The notes beneath the pieces were generated by a model. That model searched no databases. It was not told the DNA's origin and saw only the letters and a program-made list of their open reading frames with translations. A DNA stretch of 64,000 nt from assembly GCA_001662655.1 (NCBI GenBank), contig KV460277.1; one strand, 5' to 3'. Every line of letters begins with the position of its first letter. Position 1 is the first letter of the stretch. This document shows, piece by piece, positions 1 to 9,541 of the stretch. This DNA is from Pseudogymnoascus verrucosus. Lineage: Eukaryota. A program made the position numbers and the translations under genes.

Positions 1-124
1 TAAGCTCTATAAACATTATTACAGAAGTTATTAAGATTTTAATTCCAGTCACGTGATGTGGATTTTGGTGTGTTTTCTAAAATCGCCGCTTACACCATGT
101 CGCCGCTTACACCATGACCTACGT
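1..124. mobile_element. End of a pogo/Fot1-family MITE, cut by the window edge
   Basis: TIR tcgccgcttacaccatg-tcgccgcttacaccatg-acctacgt (83-124) followed by TA. Bases 1-75 resemble the arm at 3000-3075. Confidence 0.75.
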
Positions 125-126
125 TA

Positions 127-865
127 CCTCTTAGGTAAGATTAGGTTCTACAATTCATTTAAAGGCATCCTAACTTACGTGTTAAGTTAGGACGTAGAGT
201 TAAGGCATAGAGGATAAATAGGGTAACAAAAGAGGTGTTAAAGAGGTAGTTTAACATGTATAAAAGCCTTATAACAGAGCTAAAAATCAAAAACTACAAC
301 ACCTATAATATAGACAAGACTAGATTTTTAATTAGAACTATGTAATCTACACGAATTATAGTTGATTCTACACTCTATACACGATTCTAAGCTCATTCTA
401 GCTAATAGGAATAGGTGTCTGCAGTTGAGTGCATCTTATAGACAGAACAGCTATTAACCCTCTTATTATCTTTAAAGGATAGAATTTTCTATAAAGCTAG
501 ATTCTAAAGGAAGTTATACAAAAATGGCACTTCTCTATAAACATAAAAGGGTAGATAAGCAATCTATATAGATTAGAGTAGTTAAGACGCGTTTTTAAGC
601 TCTCTATAAGAGCAAAAGCAACACTTCTAAATAGAAAACTATAATAAAGGCTCTTTATTTATAAGAGCTATAATAGCTATATAAGTAGAAGCTTTATATT
701 ACACTGTATATAGAATTGAATATTGCTCCTTATAATACCTCCTTATACATCTTATATACTACAACCACTTAATATTTCAATTTTTAGGTCTTTAAAGCAA
801 CACCTTACAACTACTCTCTTATACCTAAATAAGGCACAACTACTACGTATATAGAAGTTAGAATA
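127..865 (+). pseudogene. RIP-inactivated Fot1/pogo transposase, central/DDE_1 segment
   Basis: Frame from 127 reads PLR*D*VLQFI*RHPNLRVKLGRR...TYNIDKTRF...*E*VSAVECI, which is the pogo motif series PLGQDW...YNMDETGF...QEWVSAVECI with C>T/G>A changes creating TAA/TAG stops. Confidence 0.85.
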
Positions 866-1350
866 GAGGTTGTTATTGTAGGTGTTGTTGTATGTGTTGT
901 TGTTGAGGCTGAAAAACGCAACACTTATTTAACCGGACTTCATCTGCAACCTCTCGTAGGATTCGATGGCTAGGTGCGTAGCCACTATTTATAAGCTCCT
1001 TTATCCATTTTAATAAGGTACGCTCTTGATTTTTAGATAATAGTTGCTGTTTTTGACGCGCTTCTTGCCTTAAAGGCCGTTGTTGGCTAACGCGCTTACT
1101 GACAGTATTGCGGCTTAACCCTAAGGCCTTAGCAGCCTCATATGACGACTTATACTTCTTATTTTGGATGCCTAGGATAGCTTCAGCTAATAAAGCTTCT
1201 AATTCCTTTGATTTTTGACTTTTTTGACGCACCATAATTGATTTTAGGTGGTTAATAGGGTGTAGTAAATAACTACACTTACTTTGGTGGGGTATAGCTC
1301 TAGGAAAGCGTCCCGTTACGCCATCCGTCCCGTTACGCCACGACTTACGT
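864..1350 (-). mobile_element. 5' end of a Fot1/pogo element: TIR plus N-terminal HTH-psq/CENP-B-type HTH region of the transposase
   Basis: ORF 873-1235 (YKSSYEAAKALGLSRNTVSKRV...LLSKNQERTLLKWIKELINSGYAPSHRILREVADEV). TIR acgtaagtcgtggcgtaacgggacgg-atggcgtaacgggacgc at 1308-1350, followed by TA at 1351-1352. Confidence 0.85.
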
Positions 1351-2438
1351 TACAGTAGAACGCTTACATACTCCTATAGAGCATGATATTTTTAAGAAGG
1401 TATTCTTAAACAGTAGTCCACCTGATTTTCAAACACTTTAAAAAGTGAATTCTGTGCTCTCTACAGCCTTAAATTAAGGTGTTTTGAATACTCCTACAAA
1501 GCGATATATTAATAAGTTAGCAGATGAGTTAGAACGCCTTAGTATACGTAATACCCTTTAAAAAAGAGAGTGTAATAACTTACACTCAATTATTTAGAAG
1601 CGTAGAGTATAGAATAAGGGCAAAAGAGCAGTTTTAAAGGGTTAATTCCACATTTCTATAGAAGAACTCTAGTTGCAAGTTATAGAAGCAGAAGCAGCAA
1701 CAGCTATAGCTTTACAGAGGCCTAGAACAACACCACAACCTATAAACGAGGCTATAATTAAGGAAATAGATGAAGAGAGTGAAGAAGAGCTATATGATAG
1801 CAATTTAGATGAATTGGCTCTATAGTAATTGAATTATTTACGATTTTCTAAGTTAACGTAAGTCGTGGCCATACCGGCTACATGGCCATACTGGCTATTT
1901 TGCTGACCCCACTAAAAGTTGGTTAGATTTACATCACATGACCTACAATTGAATTCCTAATAACTTTTGTAATAAAAATATTAGGACTTAACCCTCTTAT
2001 ATAAAGTGTCTTTATATACCTATACCTTATAATTAAAAACACTAGCATATAAGCTAGCGTTATAAGGAAATTATTAACAGTTTTAGATTTGCTATACTAA
2101 ATTTTTATATAACAAAAGTTAAAATCTTTAATAACTTATGTAAAACAAAGCTAGTGCTATTAGCGTCTTTATATATAGTAGACAATAGTTTAAAGTTTCT
2201 ATATATAAGAGGGATATGCTCTAGCATTTTTATTAAAGGAGTTATAATGTTCTGTTTTTTTTAAAGTGTAAGTATCATTACATACAAACTTGTATGTAAA
2301 GGTACTAATAGCCGGTATGGCCATGTAGCCGGTATGGCCACGACTTACGTTAGTAGTTTGGTGGTTCTGTCCTGGATTTTAGTAGGGTTTTTAGAATCGC
2401 CGCTTACGCTATGTCGCCGCTTACGCCACGACTTACGT
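1351..2438 (+). mobile_element. 3' part of a Fot1/pogo element (RIP'd transposase C-terminus plus right TIR), interrupted by a MITE
   Basis: Degenerate frame VFLNSSPPDFQTL*KVNSVL...TPTKRYINKLADELERL...KGKRAVLKG*FHIS, ending ~1825. TIR ...tcgccgcttacgccacgacttacgt ends at 2438, followed by TA. Confidence 0.75.
1856..2350. mobile_element. MITE, 495 bp, pogo-type TIR, L-R arm form
   Basis: ~40-bp TIRs acgtaagtcgtggccataccggctacatggccatac(t/c)ggcta at both ends. TA at 1854-1855 and 2351-2352. Confidence 0.9.
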
Positions 2439-2652
2439 TAGTTTATAAACTCTAACACCTACTACTTACTACTTACATAAATCTATAAATAAGTATAGCT
2501 AGTTAGCCTACCTATATATTAATAATTATAAAGCTAAATAGGCTAAATCTATAGGTAGAAATTAGGTTTCTTTTAAGATAGTAGTCATTTAAACATTTAC
2601 TAAGTATAGAATAGAGCTAAGAATAGAGCTATAGCTAATATTAGAACTACTA

Positions 2653-3122
2653 ACGTAGGTCGTGGCCAGAGCGGCGCCATGGCCAGAGCGGCGACTGCAT
2701 TAACCACACTAAAATCTAAGTCATGTGACCTAATTTAAAACCTTAATAACTTTTGTAATAGTGGCTATAAAGCTTAATCCTCCTAGCCTATTGCTCTTTA
2801 TATGATAATACATTATAGTTAAATTTACTAGAGTGTAAGCTAGCCTTATTAAAGAGCTATTTATAGTTTAAGTTTTACTATACTAATATTTATATAGTAA
2901 AAGTTTAAACCTTAATATCTCTTGTAAAACGAAGCTAGCACTACTAGCGTTTATATACATATTAGATTATCATATAAAGAGTAATAGTCTAAGAGGATTA
3001 AGCTTTATAGCCACTATTACAAAAGTTATTAAGGTTTTAAATTAGGTCACGTAACTTAGATTTTGGTGTGGTTGATGCAGTCGCCGCTCTGGCCATGGCG
3101 CCGCTCTGGCCACGACCTACGT
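2653..3122. mobile_element. Foldback MITE, 470 bp, L-L arm form
   Basis: TIR acgtaggtcgtggccagagcggcgccatggccagagcggcga extends into ~130-bp inverted arms (2653-2781 and 2992-3122). TA at 2651-2652 and 3123-3124. Confidence 0.9.
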
Positions 3123-3380
3123 TACCTAAAATATTAAAAATATTACATCTACTACCTAACGTTAACTGTTAGAGTGGCAAAGCATGTAATAACAATGTCA
3201 CGTGTAAACAAGTAAACAAACACTCACGTAATAACCTAGAACACGTATGTAAGATTAAATGGTAGGATATTATAAGTGGATGGTCTTAGTGTGTAGTATA
3301 TAACAAAGATAATAGTAGTATGTTATTATATATGTATTATAATTGACTTATAGAACAGAAAGAACAGAGGATATCCTATA

Positions 3381-3875
3381 ACGTAAGTCATGGTGTAAGC
3401 GGCGATATGGCGTAAGCGGCGATAAGTACCCTTACATATACATTTGTATGCAAAGGTACTTCTACATCCGAAACTAAAAACTTAAATAGCTCTATAGACA
3501 AAAATTATTAGGCTTAGCTGTTCGATATTTAGGTTCTATATATAGGCCTTTACTTAACATAAAAACACTAGTGTTACTAGTGTCTTTTTGCAACGCTAAT
3601 TTAAGGGTTAAGTCTTACTTATACAAATATTTGTATAAGCAATCTTCTCCTATTAATAGAACTACAATAACGACACTAGCAATACTAGTCTTTTGATATA
3701 TTATAGAAGTGTATATATAGAATCTAAGTACCAAACAGCTAAGCCTAGCGATTTTTATTAACAGAGTTGTTGAAGTTTTTATTTTTAGAAGGGTAAGTAT
3801 CTTTGCATACAAATTTATATGTAAGGGTACTTATCGCCGCTTACGCCATATCGCCGCTTACACCATGACTTACGT
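3381..3875. mobile_element. Foldback MITE, 495 bp, R-R arm form
   Basis: Identical 42-bp TIRs acgtaagtcatggtgtaagcggcgatatggcgtaagcggcga extend into ~165-bp imperfect inverted arms. TA at 3379-3380 and 3876-3877. The 65-aa ORF 3615-3812 is spurious. Confidence 0.9.
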
Positions 3876-3911
3876 TAGATTAAGCGTCCTTTATATAGAC
3901 AATATTTATAT

Positions 3912-3995
3912 CGGTTAATGACAGAATTGCCACCCAAAATATCAAAAAGGACAGAATTGCCACCCAACTGTTTTAAAATGACTAAATTGCCACCC
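3912..3995 (+). repeat. Three 16-bp direct repeats at 30-bp period; probable orphan Mutator-like terminal repeat
   Basis: gacagaattgccaccc at 3920 and 3950, gactaaattgccaccc at 3980. The TIR at 57344 has a similar three-repeat layout. Confidence 0.55.
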
Positions 3996-4021
3996 TATAA
4001 ACTTAACTTAACATATCTATA

Positions 4022-4505
4022 ACGTAAGTCGTGGCCATACCGGCTACATGGCCAGACCGGCTATTTTGCTAACCCTACCAAAACCAAGGTTACTAAACCA
4101 AAATTAAAACCATAATAACTTTTATAATAGTGTATATAAAGCTTAATCCTCTTAAATTATGTTTTTTCATATAATAATCTAATATGTATATAAACACTAG
4201 TAGTACTAGCTTTGTTTTACAGGAGATATTAAGGCTTATATTTTTACTATACAAATATTTATATAGTAAAACTTAAAACTGTTATTAACTTATGTAAAAA
4301 GACACTAGTAATATTACCCTTTTTATATATAGTAGATACGTACTTAAAGTTTCTATATAGAAAAGGGATTTGCTCTAGCATTTTTATTAATAGAGTTATT
4401 ATAGTTCTAATTTTTCGCAAGCATAAGTACTTCTGCATACAAATTTGTATGTGATGGTACTAATAGCCGGTCTGGCCATGTAGCCGGTCTGACCACGACT
4501 TACGT
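4022..4505. mobile_element. MITE, 484 bp, L-R arm form
   Basis: TIRs acgtaagtcgtggcca(t/g)accggctacatggccagaccggcta. TA at 4020-4021 and 4506-4507. Body is homologous to 1856-2350. Confidence 0.9.
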
Positions 4506-4645
4506 TACTCTACTTTGCTATATTTATATAGTAATTAAATTATCATAAGGGCTAATAGGGGCGTATTTCCTTAAGAGCTTATAGGTGTACTTATCTAGCT
4601 TAGTAGTAAATTAGAGAGGGAGGCTTTCTTAAGTCTCCTCTATAC

Positions 4646-5037
4646 TGTACTAGCACTAGACCAGGGCTTAACACGTGACAGGGTGAGCCTTTCCAGCTTA
4701 GTCATCCTAGACACGATAAGATAAGCCAACGGGGGAGCTCTAAAGTGACATAGGACTGGGAAGGCGACAGGAATAAGAGTGACGAGTAAAGACCAAACAA
4801 ACTCGTACTTGCTTATCCCTACCCCTTCGAATGATGAGACAACACATAAAGGTAGTACACAATGATGGACATAATGATAGACAGGGAGCAAAATGGTGGG
4901 CTATGGGCCCTAAGAAGCCCCCCAACATGACGTACACACCTTGGCTGCTGAGTGTGTATACTCTCCTGTGAGATGCAATTATACCCCCCAGGCGCTCTCC
5001 AACAACCCCTCTATTGTCCTCCACGCCTTGCGAAACA
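4646..5037. mobile_element. Possible LTR at the edge of the AT-rich block
   Basis: ~390-bp non-coding stretch bounded by TGT...ACA, next to RIP-like sequence at 4508-4645. No matching TSD and no second copy in the window. Confidence 0.25.
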
Positions 5038-5282
5038 GGTTATCTTAGCTACTGGCCCTCAACGCCCCGGAAGTAACCGCAATCCATTTGGCTTTGGCTA
5101 TCCATCACCGTTAACCCAAGTTATCTATACCCATATACCGTGGCCTTGCCTTGTTTCCACCTTCCTCTCACTACCTTCATTCATATAATTCACCAGATAT
5201 CTTCCTCCGCAGGTGCTAAGTAGGATCCTCTATATCAGCTTGTGCGGGTACACAAACCACAAGTAGTGCCCTGTTCCTGATC

Positions 5283-8200
5283 ATGGAGCCAGGAACGGAA
5301 GACTCGAAAGACGCGTTACCAGCTGCAATCATCGCCCAAGCAGAAGCGGCATGTGTTGGAAATGCAGACGAAATTCGTTCAACACAACAGCGGCAGTCGT
5401 CTATTGCATCTTGGCCTCACCAGGCGACGTTGGGGGGTGCTCACAGCTCACCCGAAGCTTCTAGGTAGGCACCGATATACATATCGAACCTCACAAGCGC
5501 TGACCATTGTCTCTAGCTCGGCCGATAGGACCTCACATCCTGGAAATTTCGATTTATTGGGAGTTGAAGGAACAGAAGATGCTCCACCAAAGTACAGCGA
5601 ATTAGAGATCAGCCAAGATGGCCTTGACACGAAGGCGAGAGTCACTGGTAGTCTTCCTCAGCCCTGGCACTGAAGTGATGATTGGCCGCGATACATGTAC
5701 TGACATGTCAATTCGCAGATGATGGCCGTGTCAATATCACCATAAACCAGAAGACACGGAGATTATCTGAGCTCCTTAGCCCTGCATTGAGGGGCCAGCT
5801 ATCCCTGGTAGCACAGGAGGACGATCAACCATTACCTCCAGGGTATATCCCACCTTCCCTCGGTGGGCAGCCAGGACAGATTCCTCCGCCAAACCTTAAC
5901 GTCGTAATTCTTGTTGTTGGTTCGCGTGGAGATGTGCAACCATTCGTCGCGTTAGGGAAGGTCCTGAAATCTGCCTATGGGCATCGTGTACGATTAGCAA
6001 CTCACCCAGTTTTTCAATCGTTTGTGGAAGAAAATGGCCTAGAATTCTTCAGTATCGGTGGTGACCCGGCCGAGCTAATGGCTTTCATGGTTAAAAATCC
6101 CGGGTTAATGCCGGGGATGGATTCGCTCAAGAGCGGTGATGTTGGAAAACGGCGCAAGGGAATGGAAGAGATAGTTCTTGGTTGTTGGCGGGCCTGTATC
6201 GAAGCAGGGGATGGCCTCGGGCCTGCACCGCGATTGGAAGGGGGTATAAATATGGACACCAACCCTACTGAGAGGCCATTTATTGCGGACGCTATCATTG
6301 CCAACCCTCCAAGCTTTGCACATGTCCATGTTGCGGAGAAGCTGGGTGTGCCCCTCCATATGATGTTTACGTATGTACGAATTATCAAATCTAGTTGGCA
6401 AGTTGCTAACATAGCAATAGCATGCCATGGTCGCCTACTCAGTCCTTTCCCCACCCCCTTGCAAATATTCAGTCTTCCAACGCCGACGTGAACATGACGA
6501 ATTTCATTTCATATGCTTTAGTGGAAATGATGACTTGGCAAGGTTTAGGGGACCTTATAAATCGTTTCCGCGAACGCGTTCTGGGCTTGGAACCAATAAG
6601 TGTCATATGGGGCCCAGGAGTGCTGAGTCGACTGAAAATACCTTGCACATACTGCTGGTGAGAACCCCGTTTAACTGTCATCGTTAACATTTGCTCACAT
6701 TCCTTACAGGTCTCCAGCTCTTATTCCTAAGCCGAAGGACTGGGGCCGACATATCTCCGTGTCTGGATTTTTCTTTCTGAGTCTTGCCTCCAGTTACCAA
6801 CCTGAGCCCGAGCTCGCCGAATTCTTAGCTGCTGGACCACCACCTGTATATATTGGGTTTGGCTCAATAGTTGTGGATGACCCAAACTCTATGACATCTA
6901 TGATATTTGAAGCCGTACAGAAAGCCGGAGTCCGTGCTCTGGTATCGAAAGGCTGGGGAGGACTCGGCAACGACTCTCTTGACCTCCCGGAAGGGGTGTT
7001 TATGCTTGGAAACGTTCCTCATGACTGGCTGTTTAAACATGTGTCATGTGTGGTTCATCACGGTGGTGCTGGAACCTCAGCTGCTGGGATTGCTCTCGGA
7101 AAACCTACCGTGGTTGTTCCCTTTTTCGGCGACCAACCTTGGTGGGGAGCAATGATATATCGAGCTGGAGCTGGGCCAGAGCCAATACCATATAAGGATC
7201 TAACTGCAGATAGGCTTGCTGCTGCCATTGCTGAGGCGCATAAACCGTCGACTTTGGAGAAGGCAGAAGAACTCGGGGCCCGCATCAGCAAAGAAAAGGG
7301 ATCCGAAGAGGGTGGGAAAAGCTTTCACGATCACCTCGATTGGAATTCGCTTCGCTGCTCACTTGCACCGAATAGGGTCGCTGTGTGGCAAGTGAAGAAG
7401 ACACAGGTTCGACTGAGTGCACTGGCAGCTACAGTCCTCGCCAATGAAGGCCTCCTGAATTTTTCGGATCTTAAACTGTAGGTGCTTCCAAACAAATAAA
7501 GGGTGCCTGGCTAACTGCGCAGATATCGGCCTCGTGAATATGACACGGATAATGGACCCTGGGATCCTATCTCCGGTGGCGCTTCCGCACTTTTCGGCAC
7601 AATCGCAAGCCTGTCAATGGGTGTAGCTGATTTTCCAGTTGAGTTAATTAAAGCCTTTAAACCCAAGCCAGCATCAACTACCACGGATAAAACAGCAGCT
7701 CTTGACGAGGACGATGTACCTTCCCCGGCAGGCGGGAGTCCCTCGCCGCCGAAATATTTAGCCTCAAACTCACAATCGCAGTTGAGTTCGTCATCAGGAA
7801 GCCACAGTGGGCCAGTAGAGCGTTCAGCGTCAACAGATCAAAAATCGGAACAAAGTTCTTCTTCTCCCGCTCCAAAAGAAACCAAGAAGCAATTTGACCC
7901 CTCTGCTATTACATTAGAATCTGCTATTGGAGCTTCTAAAGGGATATCCCGAGTAGTTGGTGCAGGTATGAAGTCACCAATGGACTTCACGTTGGGTTTG
8001 GCTCGGGGATTTCACAATGCTCCTAAGCTATACGGCGACGATACTGTGCGTCCCCAAGAAAGAGTTACTGGCTTCCAGAGCGGATTGAGAGCTGCAGGAA
8101 AGGTTTGTTTACTCCTATTATATTCCCTTCCGTACGCGTTGCACTCCACCGCTCCAATTTGGAATAGTCGAGATCCATATTTCCACCATGACCACTGTTA

Positions 8201-9134
8201 TATTCTGGGGAGACATCAAGACAAATATTGGCCAATAGGCTCTGTTATATCTGTCCCGTTGTATTTGCCGGTTTCAATGATAGGATAGCTGACTGTTCCC
8301 AGGGGTTTGGATATGGATTTTATGATGGTATATCCGGGCTTGTTACCCAACCCATGAAGGGGGCCGAAAAGGAAGGGGCGGCTGGCTTCATTAAAGGCAT
8401 AGGGAGAGGTATTGGTGGACTTGTATTGAAGCCCGGTGCTGGTAAGTGATTTTCATTTGCATCCCCTAGTATATCTGCTAACAGTGGCCTAACCAGCAAT
8501 ATGGGGCCTCCCTGGTTACACGATGATGGGATTGCACAAGGAAGTCCGGAAAATGTTCGGAGCAAGTGTTCAGGCCTACATCATATCAGCCAGAACTGCC
8601 CAGGGGTACGAGCAGTGGAGGATCTCGTCCAAAGAGGAACAGCAGTATATTATAAGCCGTTGGCAGGGACTTAAATCCAAACCTGCAGAGTCATCGCGCC
8701 ATGATAGTGGGAAAGGGAAACAAGATCCAAAAGTGCGATCTAGTGGCGATGGGTCGCAGGCTCATAGTGCGAACCTGGATGATGATGAAGAAGCTCTGCG
8801 CCGTGCTATCGAAGAAAGTATTGCACATGCTGCCGGACCTAAAACAGATGGCGTCTCCGAAGCCGATCAAAAGGCCGCTCTTGAAGCAGCAATCCAGAGA
8901 AGTCTCTCCGATTCCAAAGGACCTTCTGCTTCTACACACGCAAACGAAGATACAGAGGAAGAAGAACAACTAAAGCGTGCCATCGAAGAGTCCATGCGCT
9001 ATCACGATCGGGATGTATCGGCAACAAAGACAGATGAAGATATTGTTATGGAGTACATCAAGAAACAGAGCCTCGCTGAGGAGGAACACAGGCAGGCAAT
9101 GCACAAACCCGCGCCATCTGGAGACAAAGAATGA
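5283..9134 (+). CDS. Sterol 3-beta-glucosyltransferase-like GT1 (Glyco_transf_28 N-domain) with C-terminal UIM repeats; multi-exon
   Basis: VGSRGDVQPFVALG, RVRLATH, AIIANPPSFAHVHVAEKLGVP, VYIGFGSIV, VVHHGGAGT, PFFGDQPWWG in successive ORFs joined by GT-AG introns. Start exon is uncertain. Confidence 0.9.
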
Positions 9135-9541
9135 TCATAGTAGCTTCTGATTAAGAGCAGACTATGATAATAGCTAGGACACTGAAATTAATGCTTCATT
9201 TCGTCAAATCCACTGTTTTGTGGGAACTAGTAGACTGCTGGATATTTCTCAGCTGCCTTTGTATCAAGACTTAAGTAAGACTACCGAAAATGAATCGAAA
9301 TCTCCACTGTGACTTGAGAGGTATTCAAGTCGTATTGCCCCTATCCTGGTGGCATTTTATATGCTTTCTGCCACACGCTCGCATCGTAAATCATCCACAA
9401 CGCCCTGAAGTAGGGGAGGAAGGAAGGAGGAAAGCGTATTCCACGAAAGATTGAGTGTCCAACGAGCGAAATCAACCTCTCCATATCCACATATCTGCAA
9501 ATATAGCTCCGTCTATGTACTGCAGCCCATATAGAGATATC

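Noticed and set aside
3167..3380. Possible LTR beginning TGTTAGAG
   Set aside because: The other end is interrupted by the MITE at 3381. There is no TSD, PBS or second copy to support it.
1856..4505. Recurring GC-rich repeats separated by unique-looking DNA, superficially CRISPR-like
   Set aside because: They are inverted TIR pairs with TA target duplications in a eukaryotic genome.
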